Source: Octopus vulgaris (lineage: Eukaryota). From it: a DNA stretch of 64,000 nucleotides. The translations under genes were made by a program, and so were the position numbers. The stretch's first letter is position 1. Every line of letters starts with the position of its first letter. Location of the stretch: NCBI GenBank assembly GCA_951406725.2, contig OX597834.1, positions 6,014,001 through 6,078,000 of the forward strand, written 5' to 3'. Of the stretch, positions 37,428 through 51,311 are shown one piece after another. Below the pieces are notes generated by a model. It did no database searches, had not been told where the DNA came from, and worked only from the letters and a program-made list of their open reading frames with translations.

Positions 37428-40400
37428 CTACAGGATCATGCTCAAAATGGTTTCGTTACTAGCACGCACCATCTTTGCAACATTCACCCATCTTTTTTTG
37501 AATCTTTCGCGAGACAAAACTTCCCTCTCCATTCTCACCTTCCTTTTCAAGTGGTACTTGAAAAAGTTGATGAGCGATTGGCCAGAGAGGTAAGTGTTTG
37601 TCTCTAATCCTTTCGCTCGAGTCCACCACACACATTCTTTCACCATGGCCACCAGTACGATGAAAACTGCCTTGCCTTCCCGGTTGAGGGAAGGGGGCGG
37701 AGCAATTCTCACGATAGACTCGGCCGATAGGCGGATTCGTCCCACACGTGACAGCAGCCGTTCGGCATAAGCCCACAGGTCGGAAATGGTTGGACATTGC
37801 ACGAGTGCGTGCAGAACGGTTTCGTCGCTCTGACCGCATCTCGGGCAAGTCGGTCCAGTGTGTCTGGAACCGTGTCTGTAGAGCTTATCCCGAACAGGTA
37901 ATGCTTCTCGATAGCACTGCCAGGCCAGGGATCTTTGATGATTGTTCATAGGTCCCGGCCCGAAAGTTGTCCTGAACAGGCGGGTCAGGTGTTCCTCGTC
38001 GACGCCCAGACTCTGCCCGAGTTCGTCGTCGCGCCTCCCCTCCACTAATCCTCTATAGAATGCCTTTGTTGTGATGGAGTCGCACAAGTTCGATCCCGGA
38101 CGGCAGAGTTGCTTGAGAGCAACGCGACACTCGCGGTGCCATTCGCCTAGCCTCGGTCTCTGCTTGATCCATGACTGTAGTTCGTCCAAGGAGACGAGCT
38201 GCGGGAAAGCGCGCCGCACAAAGGCGACCACCCCTGTTCACCGTTGTCTATGAAGCGCCGGAGATGTCGCAGTCTCAGCGCATGTCTGCGCATCATCAAC
38301 CACGGCATGCCCAGCCCTCCATTTAGCGGGTGTTGGCAGCAAATGGATCGCCTAACCATCGGAACGTTTCCCTTCCACAAGAAGCGGAAGAGTATGCGTT
38401 CCAGTTTGGTGATGGTAGGGTCGGGACAAGGCACGACGGTCAGACGATACTCGATGACGGATGCGATGTACGCGTTCGCCACCTCCGCCCGACCTTTTAG
38501 GGATAGCTTTCTCTCAGTCCATTTCTGGGTGAGAGTAGCCACCCTAGTCGTTATCTCGCCCCAGTTCTTCTCCATTTGGAGGTCCGGACCGAACCAGACC
38601 CCGAGCAATTTAACCGGTCCGTCCGTCCAGCGTCCCACGATGGAGACGCTGTTGGACGGCATGGGCTTGCTTCTCCAGGTGCCGAGCCGCAAGCCCACTG
38701 ACTTTTCCCGGTTAATTTTTGCTCCCGTTACCGCTTCGTATTCTTTCAGTGTCTCGCCGACCAGCTCGATGTGCTCGTAGCTCGACACTATGACGGTGAC
38801 GTCATCCGCGTATGCAGACACGCTCCTCCCGCATCCCAGCTCTCGTGGGATGCCCCTCAGCGTCGCCAGTTTCCGCAGTAGTGGCTCAAGAGTCAGTACA
38901 TACAGCAGCGATGAGAGGGGGCATCCCTGACGAACCGAACGCATGATGTTAAAAGGTCTGGATAGATGACCATTTACGCGAACTACTGAGCGGATGCCGC
39001 TGTATAAGGCAGCGATCCAACCGCGGAAAACTGGACCGAAACCAGCCGCTTTGAGGACAGCCTCCAAGTAGTGATGGTCTACCCTATCGAAGGCTTTTGA
39101 TTGATCCAAATTGATCAGCGCCCCACCCATGCCAGGATTTTTAACTACCCTGTCTATGATGTAGCGCATCAGGTGGAGGTTGTCATGAATACTTCTACCC
39201 GGCACGGCGCATGTTTGCGCCTTGTCGATTAGTTTCTTGATGACAAGCGCCAACCTCTCGGCTAACACCTTGGCCAAAATTTTCAAATCTGCGTTGAGCA
39301 GAGTGATGGGCCTGAAATTATCTATGACGTCCCCCTTGTTTGGGTCTTTCTTGATCAGTGCCACTGCTCCTCGCTTTACAAAAGCAGGAATACTCCCGTT
39401 CTGCTGCCAGTTGCAGTAGACAGCTGCCAAGACGCCTCCAAACAAGTCTGGCATATGAAAATAAAATTCGTAGGGCAGACCATCCAAGCCTGGTGACTTG
39501 TCTCTCGCGCAGCCTACCATCGCATCCTGTACGTCCGCAGCTGTGATAGGCTTTTCACAAGACTCCACCTCCCTTGCTGAGAGTCGTGGCAAGGCATGCA
39601 GGTAGGCACTAAAGTCCACTCTGCTTTCTGACTCACCACTTGTCCCAAACAGTTGGGTGAAGTGTTGTTGAAAAACCCCACACATCCTTTTAGGCTCGAG
39701 CAATTCGCGCCCCTGTTCATCTATAAGAGACTTGATGGTGGCTCTGTTGCCTCGTTGCGTCTCCACCACTCGGGCCTCTTGGGCGGCTCCAACTCCTTCG
39801 TTCCTCAGAGCACGCATCCTAGCTCTGACAACGCATCCCTCGTGTTTGGCGTTGAGGTGTTGGTCGAGGGCCAATCTCGCCGCCAGTACGTTGGACGCGA
39901 TGCCAGTTCTAAGTGCCTCTTCTAAAACCTTAACTAAATCTCCCTCTATTCTATTTCGGTCTAATGCTAGGGCTCTACTGTATCTGACTGATTCTGCTTT
40001 AATCGCTTTTTTAGGGCATACCACCATCTGTTGTTGATGATGGTACCCGTCAAAGCTCTCTTAACTAATGTGCTGATCCGGTCCCTGTAAACCTGTCGTG
40101 CTGTAAAAGACGCGTTCAGTTTCCAGTAACCAGGACCCTGCCTATGTGTCTTATCTAAGTCAAGTGTACAAGTCACAAACTTGTGATCTGTGTAACTGAC
40201 TATATGAAATTGTGGACAACCTACACTATTTTTATCTATTGTCCTACAGAATACTCTATCTAAGTATGATCTGGACGACCCGATGCGGTTACTCCATGTC
40301 CACATTGGCACATTCGGGTGGTCCAGTCGGTACCTGTCAGACAGTTGGAAACGTCTGAGCAGGTCTTTGAGGCATTTGCATCCCCTTCTATTGCTATCTC

Positions 40401-40864
40401 TGCCCACGTAGTCTAGATGCGTGTCCAGGGTGGCATTCCAATCCCCCACTAAAAGTAAAGGACGAGACGTTCCCATGAAAGACTCTAGACGTCGAAAGAA
40501 ATCTGGTCGGCCTGTTAAGGACGGAGCATAAACTGCTATCAGTCGAAAAGCACACTCATTGCTGCCATCGACATCTAAAACGACCAGCCTACCCTCCGGG
40601 TCTAGGAAATTTAGCTCTTACTTTGAGATCCAGACTCTTCCGGATAAGCACCGCGGTGCCACCTCCGCCCATTCTCGGTAGACACGGAGAAAAATAAATG
40701 TTGAAATGTGTACCGAAAATGTGCTGGAGTGCCCGCAAGCTGTGGAGTCTGGTCTCACTGATGGCTATGATATTCAGATTTAGTGACTTGATGTCATTTA
40801 ACAGGTAGCCTTGTTTCCAAGGCGACCCCAAGCCACGTACATTTATACTACCTATTCTGAGCAT
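37428..40864 (-). CDS. LINE ORF2: AP-like endonuclease + reverse transcriptase + C-terminal CCHC (zf-RVT); about 3 frameshifts (~40600, ~40020, ~38235)
   Basis: MLRIGSINVRGL, ISETRL, VGDWN, SRSYLDR, YTDH (APE); KSPGLDGL, FRPITLLN, KAFDRV, QGCPLS, YADD (RT); CPRCGQSDETVLHALVQC; pieces 40589..40882, 39967..40476, 38147..40027, 37428..38231. Confidence 0.9.
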
Positions 40865-43069
40865 GTTCCGATAAAAGTGCAAAAAAGGAAAAGGAGAGAG
40901 AAAAGGTTACTTGTTTTTTCGAAAGTTCTTTGTCTTTCACCTCACGGTCTTCTTCTATGAGGCTTTTATACAGTTTTTTCGATGAGTACTTTTGAAATCT
41001 CCCTACTGCATCAGGGTAAAGAGATTTCAGGGTGTTGTATGTGTTCTGTGTCACGTGTATTATTTTAATGTGTTGTGGTGGTGTTGTGTGTGGGTGGTTA
41101 CTTGTTTTTATGTCGTTTTCAGTAATGTTAGTGTTTGACCTAATGTGTTCCATTAGGTCGTGGTTGTTTGTGTTAATGGCTGTCAACATTTTTGGGGGGT
41201 TTGATGATGGTGTGTTTGTGCTGATGTGTGTGTTTCTGTGGATGTTTTTGTTTCGGGAGTGGTGTATCTTCCCGCTTTGTTTGTTATTTTTTCTTTTCTT
41301 TTTTTCCCCTTTTTCTTCTCCCCCTGTGGCTATTTGCCAATCTTCCGTGTCTTCTTCGTCTAATGACAGATCGGACGAATCGGAGTCTGGAAGAGGGAAA
41401 GTATTGGGGTCTATTGTCGACTGTGTTGGTTTTGTTGTTGGTGTTGGTTGGTGAGCGTTTGGTTGTGGTGTATGCAGTTTTGGATGTGGGGTTTGGGTAT
41501 TTTGTGTTTGAGTGATTGTGGGTATTGTTGTGTTGTTTAGGGTCTCAATTTTGTGGGGATTTGGAGTTGTAATTGTTTCTTCATTTTTGCTGGGTGTCTT
41601 TTTGGCAGATGTCCTTGGTTTGGGAGTTGGTATATTCTTGGTTGTTGTTGTTGTTGGTGATGCTGCTTCTGTTCTTGGTGCTGCAGTTGGTGTGGTTGTT
41701 TGTTTGGTGAGGTTTGTTCCTGCAAAAAGTGGTGTGGGTAGTAAACCTTGTTTATTTGTTTTTGTTTCCGGCTGCTGTTGTTGTTGCTGTTGTTTTCTTG
41801 CGGCAGATTTGCAGTCTTTTTTGAGATGTTGCTCACTGCCGCATATGTAGCAACGTGGTCTTCTGCCATCGACGACCACATATAACTTGTGGTCGTCTGA
41901 TACACATATCTGGGTGGGTATTTTTTTTATATCTTCATGATGTATATGTAGAAGAAATTCTATTTTTTTCCCACCCAGTTTTTATGCTCTGTGACTGTGG
42001 TTTCCAAAATAGTATAATTCGCCATTTTTATGCATAAGGCCTTTACAAGCCATAGACTATTGGCTATTTTGGGGACATTGTTTAGAGTGATCTTAGTCAC
42101 TTTCTGTCCCCGATAGCTTGGTGTAAGTTGGAGTTCATCTGAGTGAAGAGTTAGCGTTGAGAAATGTCTAGCTAACTCTTCGGTGTAGAAAACAACTTGT
42201 ATGTGGGCAAATTTGTTCCACCAGGTTACATATTCTTTGTGATCCCAGATGGGTTTCAAGCACTTCTCTATTTTGCTTGTGTTGGCCTTCTCTGGGATTT
42301 TTGTTTTTTTGTTAACTATTTTATAAATGATTGTTCGTCTTTTTTCATTTTCCAAAATATCTTCTGGTATGTTTATTTTTACTATACCTTCTGATTCTGT
42401 TATTTTGATGTTCGTGTCCTGTATTTGTTGAGCCGTGAAGTATATTGTTGTTTTTTTTTCTTTAATCGCCTCAGCGAAATTTGTTGTTGTTTTGTTATTG
42501 TTGTTGCTTGTGGTGATGTTGTTGTTGGCTGCCGTTTGTAAAATTGGTGTGTTTGGTTCGATCGTGCAAGTAGGAAGGGGTGGGAAATTGCCTGCGTACT
42601 TTAGTCCTGCACTAGGGCAAATTTCGACATTTCGTTTGCTTGTCGTCGTTATTTTTTCACTTGTTGGTGATGGAGTGAGCAGTGGTTGAAGGGAATTGTT
42701 GTTGTCGTCGTTGTTGTTGTTGTTGTTGTTGTTATTGTCGTTCTTGGTGACGGCGGTGGTGTTGGTAGTATTAGTAGCATTGACGGCACGGTCTTTGGTG
42801 GCGGTGATGGTGATGTTGGTGTTGTTGTTGGTGGCGATATCTTTAGTAGGGATAGCAGTTTTAGTAGCAGATTCTGCCATGGTGTTGGTGGTGGTGGTGG
42901 ACTCACTGATGGTGTTGACGGTGCTTGGCCTTGCGACCTTTGTTTTGTATTTGTTGCTGTTGATGGTGGTGGAGTTGTCAGGTTCGGCGTATGCTAACAG
43001 AGCATCCTGTTTTTCTGTTTGTGCGTCACGCTTGACTTGCAACTCAGCCTCGTGGTGGCCAGTGGCCAT
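40848..43069 (-). CDS. LINE ORF1 (gag-like nucleic-acid chaperone), frameshifted near 41960-41880
   Basis: ATG at 43069 (MATGHHEAE), Thr/Asn-rich N-terminus, CYICGSEQHLKKDC zinc knuckle; overlaps the ORF2 start by 17 nt. Confidence 0.8.
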
Positions 43070-43235
43070 TTTGGAAATAAAATGGCTAAATGAAACCACG
43101 AAGGCTATGAGAATTTTTTCTTTTAAATTTTGCCCACAAGGGGCAAAATTTTGTGTCGATATTTATCAAAGGTTTACAGTGGATGTTGTTACACAACTTT
43201 TAAGCACAAAATGTTTGTCAATATACACTTTTAAA

Positions 43236-43289
43236 TAGATAGATAGATAGATAGATGGATGGATGGATGGATGGATGGATGGATGGATG

Positions 43290-43325
<36 letters not shown>

Positions 43326-43326
43326 C

Positions 43327-43360
<34 letters not shown>

Positions 43361-43388
43361 GGAGATAGATAGATAGATAGATTGGATG

Positions 43389-43425
<37 letters not shown>

Positions 43426-43426
43426 G

Positions 43427-43471
<45 letters not shown>

Positions 43472-43508
43472 GGATGGATGGATGGATGGATGGATGGATG
43501 GATGGATG

Positions 43509-43573
<65 letters not shown>
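43236..43573 (+). repeat. (GATA)n/(GGAT)n array flanking the 5' end of the Tx1 LINE
   Basis: Direct reading. Confidence 0.95.
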
Positions 43574-43574
<1 letters not shown>

Positions 43575-43759
43575 GAGTGAGTGAGAGAGAGCGAGAGAGA
43601 AGGAAAATAAAGATATGAAGATATGGTAAGCAATGAGAGAGTGAAAGACATACGTAGTTAAATAGAATAACATTTTAGACACATGTAGACATGTATAGTA
43701 TATGAATTATGTACACTTACATACGTGTATATATAAAATACATACATATATACATATAT

Positions 43760-43792
<33 letters not shown>

Positions 43793-43899
43793 CACACACA
43801 AGCACAGCTTAATTGTTAGTCAAGAAAAAGCAAAATCTAAGTGTTTATAGGCTTTAACCAGGAATATAGTGCTCAGCAACATAAAAGTGTGTGTGTGTG

Positions 43900-43957
<58 letters not shown>

Positions 43958-44224
43958 TGTGTGTCAGCACGTGTGTATGTGTAGATAATGATGCAAATAA
44001 ACAAATAAACATGCTTGGCTTTTCATATATAAATATACATACATACATACATGAAATATAGATATAGGGATATATATATAGAGAGAGAGAGAGCAACAAA
44101 ATTGAAAATATTTATCAGATGAACATTCATGAGTAAGCATATAGTTATTTATATATTTATAGTACAGATTTACATGGAGTACAAAGATACAGAAAACTAA
44201 GAGGGGAAGACATGGTATTCCAGG

Positions 44225-44363
44225 CCCGACAGCTGTTTCTAGGAGCTCAGAATTACATAATTGTTGTAACGTTGGCAGATAGAATGTGCAAAAGGTGAAG
44301 GATATATAACCAGTAGTGGATGCATATAAACTTTGCTGTAAATTTAGCCACCATCTTCAGGGT
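44225..44363 (-). ncRNA. Candidate type I hammerhead with a ~110-nt stem II insertion (partial second copy near 51915-51940)
   Basis: Minus strand cc-CTGAAGA-tgg...cta-GAAA-cagctg-TC|ggg; palindromic stem III; short stem I. Confidence 0.55.
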
Positions 44364-45651
44364 GGAGAGATTGAATGACCCAGGGACAGAACTCATGTCT
44401 ACTAAACGACCTTCAATATTTAATAATTGACACTTTGTCAATGCATGTATTCACCATCCTATTCTCATGGATGGAAGCACTCCATCGGTTACGACGATGA
44501 GGGTTCCGGTTGATCCGAATCAACGGAACAGCCTGCTCATGAAATTAACGTGTAAGTGGCTGAGCACTCCACAGACACATGCACCCTTAACGTAGTTCTC
44601 AGGGATATTCAACGTGACACAGAGAGTGACAAGGCCGGCCCCTTGAAATACAGGTACAACAGAAACAGGAAGTAAGAGTGGAGTGAGAGAAAGTTGAGGC
44701 GAAAGAGTACAGCAGGGGTCGCGACCACCCCCTGCCGGAGCCTCGTGGAGCTTTGGGTGTTTTCGCTCAATATACACACACAACGCCCGGTCTGGGAATC
44801 GAAACCGCGATCCTCCGACCGTGAGTCCGCTGCCCTAACCACTGGGCCATTGCGCCTCCACCCTATTCTCATACAACGTTTTAATTAGAGTAATTGAAAT
44901 CTTAGGACATTCTTGTAACGATGAATATGCTTTGATATGCATGTTTGCTGCTGGAATATTTTCTCTTCTGTTGTCCTCCCTAGATACAAAATTCAAGATT
45001 CACACCACTCCAAAGGTGACCACTTAACTGAAATAATAAACTTTTAGTTCAACCCCTACTCTGTGAAAAGTGAAAATAGTATAAGACAATTGAAGGAAAA
45101 GGGAGTAAGAAATATGATCATTGGCTAAAATATTGCCTTTCTGCTTGCTAAAAATAGCAGCTAAATATATAACAAATACACTTTTACTCTTTTACTTGTT
45201 TCAGTCATTTGACTTTTGCCATACTGGGGTACCGCCTTTAGTCGATCAAATTGACCCCAGGACTTATTCTTTGTATCCTAGTACTTATTTTATCAGTCTC
45301 TTTTTTGCCGAACTGCTAAGTTACAGGGACGTAAACACACCAGCATCGGTTGTCAAGCGATTTTGGGGGGACAAACACAGACACACAAACACGCACATAC
45401 ATATATATATATATATATATACATATATACGATGGGCTTTTTTTTGTTTCCATGTACCAAATCTACTCACATGGCTTTGGTTGGACCAAGGCTATAGTAG
45501 AAGACACCCAAGGTGCCACACAGCGGGATTGAACCTAGAACTATTGTGGTTGGGAAGCAAGTTTCTTACCACACAGCCACTCCTACGCCTATAAAATATT
45601 AGTATTTAGAAATACTAAATCAAATTTCACAAAATGTAATATATGTATATA

Positions 45652-45961
45652 TATAAAATTAGAAAAAAACCACCTTTTATAAATTCAAAACGAACAATTA
45701 AATTACACTATCTAGAAAATTACATATAATAGAAATATTAAAATTAAAATAACAATAATATACCGATGATTAATTTAAATTGCAAAATAATAATAAAAAT
45801 AGTTATTCTACCAAATATATATGTTTTTATTATCATTTTGCAATTTGCTTAATCATCGGTATATTATTGTTATTTTAATTTTAATATTTCTATTATATGT
45901 AATTTTCTAGATGGTGTAATTTAATTGTTCATTTTGAATTGAGAAAAGGTGTTTTTTTCTA

Positions 45962-45970
<9 letters not shown>
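45652..45970. repeat. AT-rich fold-back palindrome (~145-bp arms) between (TA)n tracts
   Basis: aattagaaaaaaaccacctttt...ccgatgatta versus taatcatcgg...aaaaggtgtttttttctaatt. Confidence 0.85.
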
Positions 45971-46002
<32 letters not shown>

Positions 46003-46425
46003 AACTCACATGCGCACTGGTCTGTCACAGGAATTTTCAGTTTTGCCAGCTAAATGAACTGGAATAATGTGGAATGAACAGTTTGCTAAAGCAGTGGTTC
46101 CCAAACTTTTACAGGCTGCCGCCTCCTTGCCACCCAGGCAATATTGCTAGTACACCCTCACCCTCCCAAATACAAATATGGACCACTTTCTGTGGCAAAT
46201 TCAAAACCTATTTTTACTCTCTTACTCGTTTCAGTCATTTGACTGTAGCCATGCTGGAGCACCGCCTTTAGTCGAGCAAATCGATATAATAAGCCTAGTA
46301 CTTATTATATCGGTTTCTTTTACCAAACCACTAAGTTATGGGGACTTAAACACACCAGCATCGGTTGTCGAGCGATGTTGTGGGGGACAAACACAGACAC
46401 ACAAACATATACACACACACAAACA

Positions 46426-46461
<36 letters not shown>

Positions 46462-48477
46462 CACGCACTTATGCGACGGGCTTCTTTCAGTTTCCGTCTA
46501 TCAAATCCACTCACAAGACTTTGGTCAGCCTGAGGCTATAGTAGAAGACACTTGCCCAAGATGCCACGCAGTGGGACTGAACCCGGAACCATGTGGTTGG
46601 TAAGCAAGCTACTTACCACACTGCCACTCCTACACTTATTAATACATTTTTTTTTTACATCTATCACCCCATGTTGGTTATCCCATTACTACCCCATTTT
46701 CTTCAAAGTCCCATTGGATCTTTCCACCCCACCGCACCCCAAGGGGGAAGTACTACTTACTTTGGAACCACTTTTCTAAAAAACACAATGCATTGTCTGG
46801 TCCAGGAATTGAAACCAGTCTGACAATCATAAAGGGTAAAACCTTACACACGAAGCCATGTGATCCTCCCCCCACACCGCCCACACACACATACAGAAAG
46901 AAAGAGAGAAATAGACAGAGAAAGAAGGAGAAAGACAAATCGATAGATAAACAGATAGATAAAGAGAGAGAGAGAGAGAGAGAGAGAAATACTGAATGGT
47001 TAAAACATGGTTACACTGTTGACAAATCTCAATAAACCAAGACAGTTATGTTTGTGTTAGTAAACATTTATTTATACCTAACATGAATGAATAAAGACTA
47101 CAAACTGACTGTGCTGTAAATTGAATCCATGGAGGCACAATGGCCCAGTGGTTAGGGCAGCGGACTCCCGGTCATAGGATCGCGGTTTCGATCCCCAGAC
47201 CGGGCGTTGTGAGTGTTTATTGAGCGAAAACACCTAAAGCTCCACGAGGCTCCGGCAGGGGATGGTGGTGATCCCTGCTGTACTCTTTCACCAAAACTTT
47301 CTCTCACTCTTTCTTCCTGTTTCTGTTGTACCTGTATTTCAAAGGGCCGGCCTTGTCACACTCTGTGTCACGCTGAATATCCCCGAGAACTACGTTAAGG
47401 GTACACGTGTCTGTGGAGTGCTCAGCCACTTACACGTTAATTTCACGAGCAGGCTGTTCTGTTGATTCGGATCAACTGGAATCCTTGTCGTCGTAACCGA
47501 CGGAGTGCTTCCATCCATCCAAATTGAACCCACATTTGCATAAGTAATAGATAATATGGCGCAGGAGTGGCTATGTGGGAAGTAGCTTGCTTACCAACCA
47601 CATGGTTCCGTCTTCAGTCCGACTGCGTGGCACCTTGGGCAAGTGTCTTCTACTATAGCCTCGGGGCCGACCAAAGTCTTGTAAGTGGATTTGGTAGACG
47701 AAAACTGAAAAAGAAGCCCGTCGTATATATGTATATATATATATATATATATGCATGTATGTGTGTGTATGTGTTTGTGTGTCTGTGTTTGTCCCCCTAG
47801 CATTGCTTGACAACCGATGCTGGTGTGCTTATGTTCCCGTTACTTAGCGGTTCGGCAAAAGAGAGCGATAGAATAAGTACTTGGCTTACAAAAGAATAAG
47901 TCCCGGGATCGAGTTGCTCGATTAAAGGTGGTGCTCCAGCATGGCCGCAGTCAAATGACTGAATCAAGTAAAAGAGTAAAAGAGAGAGTATGGTTTACAT
48001 TTTTGTGACTTAATTTTTGTTTCACTCTGAATTTAACACAAGCACCTGTTGTTGTGTTTAATATCATATATTATGAAAGTTAATGTTTATGTCAAGAGTC
48101 AGAGAGTTATACTGTAAAAGGTAGATAGACAGATAGATACTTTTTTTTACATCAGCTCCTGTTAGTATCTGTTTTGCATTAAAACTAACCAGGTACAACC
48201 TTTCACACCTACCCTACAATGTCGTTCTAAAAATATACAAACACACCACAAGACGTGTGATTAAATCAAAACAATGGGAAGAAATAGGCAATACATTTGG
48301 CAAAGATGTGTGAATGCTAAAGAGTTAAACTGAAGTACTCAATACACTTTGTAAGGGGCATCTTTTTTTCTTTTACTTGTTTCACTGATTTGACTACGGC
48401 CATAATGGGGCAATGCCATGAAGAATTTTTTTTGTCAAATGAAATGACCCTGGCCCTTTTTTTATAGCCTGGTACTT

Positions 48478-48815
48478 CCACATCATAAGCGGAAAGCGTA
48501 ACCTCTCGAAAGAGCTGTTCTTCACTCCTGCTCCAGAGCGTCGGCTGCGGGGTCATTCCCGAAAAGCTCTACCTGCGACGATTTCATCTCAATCGAAGGA
48601 GAGGAGCTTTCTCCGTCCGGGTTGCGGATCCGTGGAACAAGCTGCCAGACGAGATGGTAAAGATGCCGACGACCACTTTGTTCAAAGCCTCCCTGGACCT
48701 CAAGTGGCCTGAACTCTTTACATGAACACCACCCTGTACTTAACTCCATGTCCCCCTACATGGCCTTGCTATTTGCTTTTGAGCCAAATTAACTAACTAA
48801 CTAACTAACTAACTT
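48478..48815 (+). mobile_element. 5'-truncated CR1-type LINE 3' end with (TAAC)n tail, inserted in a SINE
   Basis: Translates ...RLRGHS/KLYLRRFHLNRRRGAFSVRVADPWNKLPDEMVKMPTTTLFKASLD; tail aactaactaactaac. Confidence 0.8.
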
Positions 48816-49123
48816 ATTTTATCATTTTCTTTTTTTGCTGAACTGCTAAGTTGCATGGATGTAAACAACCAAAGCAGTTGTGGAGGACAAACACAGACAC
48901 TAATGTCACACATGCTCACACACACATACACACAAACAATAAGATCTTTCAGTTTCCGTCTAACAAATCCATTCACAAGGGTTTGGTCGGCCTGAGGCTA
49001 TAATAGAAGACACTAGCCTAAGGTGCCACACAGTGGGATTGAACCCAGAACCATATGGTTGGAAAACAAACTTCTTACCACACAGCCAAGCCTGTGTCTA
49101 TATATTATATATATATATATATT

Positions 49124-49189
<66 letters not shown>

Positions 49190-49205
49190 AATATATTTGT
49201 ATATA

Positions 49206-49268
<63 letters not shown>

Positions 49269-49478
49269 CACACACAAATATATTTGTATATACATATATA
49301 TATGACTGTGCGGGTGGCATGTAAAAAGCACCCACTACACTCACAGAGTGGTTGGTGTTAGGAAGGGCATCTAGCGGTAGAAACACTGCCAGATCAGACT
49401 GGGCCTGATGCAGCCTTCTGGCTTCACAGACCCCAGTGGAACCGTCCAACCCATGCTAGCATGGAAAACGGACACTAA

Positions 49479-49558
<80 letters not shown>

Positions 49559-51074
49559 CAAATATATACAAATATATTTGTATGTATATATATAAATCCT
49601 TAAAATCCTTAAAAATGTTTTAGCCCGAAGGCCGCGGCCATGCTGGGGCACCACCGCTGAAATACATATATATTTACACAAGAAATGGAGTGCTAGTGAC
49701 TTGAAAGCCTTGACTTGCTAACTAGAATAAAACAAGCAGGTCAAAACTTTGAAGTTACTGTCAACGCTTTTCAATGAAGGCAGAATTACATTCCTTAGTT
49801 CTTCAGCTAATTTATTACCGTGAGCATATACTCTTTTACTCTTTTACTTGTTTCAGTCATTTGACTGCAGCCATGCTGGAGCACCACCTTTTAATTGAGC
49901 AAATCGACCCCGGGACTTATTCTCTTGTAAGCCCAGTACTTATTCTATCGGTCTCTTTTGCCGAACCGCTAAATAACGGGGACATAAACACACCAGCATC
50001 GGTTGTCAAGCAATGCTAAGGGGACAAACACAGACACACAAACACACGCACGCATATATATATATACATATATACGACAGGCTTCTTTCAGTTTCCATCT
50101 ACCAAATCCACTTACAAGGCTTTGGTCGGCCCAAGGCTATAGTAGAAGACACTTGCCCAAGGTGCCATGCAGTGGGACTGAACCCGGAACCATGTGGTTG
50201 GTAAACAAGCTACTTACCACACAGCCACTGCTGCACCTATGTGGCAACAGTTTCCTAAAAGTGCTTGAGTGAAGTAGGCGATGTTCCACAATGACCAAGT
50301 TGCACTTGTACTATGAATTAAAACTGCACCTGAACCACAAATATTTTTGTCAAGATATTCTCTACAGCTTCAGATTATAACTAATTATGTTACATTTTGC
50401 ATGAGTTATATATATAGAGTGATAATCTTCTTGAACGATATTGTTGTCATCATCATCACCATCATCATCAATTAGTATTCGTTTTCCATGCTAGCCTGGA
50501 TTGGACAGTTTGACAGGCGCTGGCAAATTAACACTTTAGCATTTAAACCGGCCATATCCGGCCAAAAGTAGTCTGCCTGTTTTTTGTTCAAACTGGCCAG
50601 ATCTGGTCTCTCACACCAACCCTACAATATCATCCTATAAATTAATAGCTACCTCATCAAAATCTCATAACTACAAGATAATGCCTGATTAATTCAAAAC
50701 AATGTGGATGAAGAAGCATTAATTTTGGCAGAATAATGTGAACACTAAAGGGTTAAAGGACTGCACCGACTTCTGCTGTTTGTTTTGGCATGGTTTCTAT
50801 GGCTTGATGTCTTTGAATATTTTGAGGAGAGGATGTGATTGCATTTCAGACAGAGAAGAGAGGCAATCGAAAGAAAAGATAACTTCTCAGGCTGATGAGA
50901 GGCAATAAGGTCGAAATCATATATTCCCTCACCTGAGAGTAAACAACGTCTTCTTAAAAACAAGAATAAAAATTGTGTGTGTGTGTGTGTGTGTAAGGAG
51001 AGAGAGAGAGAGAAAGAGATAATGATGCAAATAAACTAATAAAACTGCTTGGGTTAGATATATAAGGTATACAT

Positions 51075-51311
51075 CAGTGGTTTTCAACCAGGGTTCTGCA
51101 GAACCTTAGGGTTCCACAGAACCTTAGGGTTCCACCAGTACAGTTCAGGGATTCTGCAAGAAGTTACAAAACTGCTAAAATCGGCAGTAATTTTTAAGTC
51201 TCCTGTGCAGATACGTGTGCATAAGACTATTAAATTATTGCACAGGGCTTCCCCGAGCCAGTGGAATGTTTCCTTGGAGTTCTGCTCCAGCAAAAAGTTT
51301 GAAAAGCACTG
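51075..51311. mobile_element. hAT-type MITE
   Basis: TIRs cagtggttttcaa / ttgaaaagcactg; 8-bp TSD gtatacat / atatacat. Confidence 0.8.

Larger units (their letters stand above)
37125..43235 (-). mobile_element. Near full-length Tx1/L1-clade non-LTR retrotransposon (~6.1 kb) inserted in (GATA)n
   Basis: 5' UTR, ORF1 with CCHC knuckle, ORF2 APE-RT-zinc finger, 3' UTR with AATAAA; (GATA)n directly on both sides. Confidence 0.92.

Noticed and set aside
38244-43238. Plus-strand ORFs of 100-180 aa
   Set aside because: Antisense shadows of the Tx1 LINE ORFs
47130-47205. Functional tRNA gene
   Set aside because: Head of SINE family C: continues into a conserved SINE body, is flanked by TSDs, and has no proper acceptor stem or terminator
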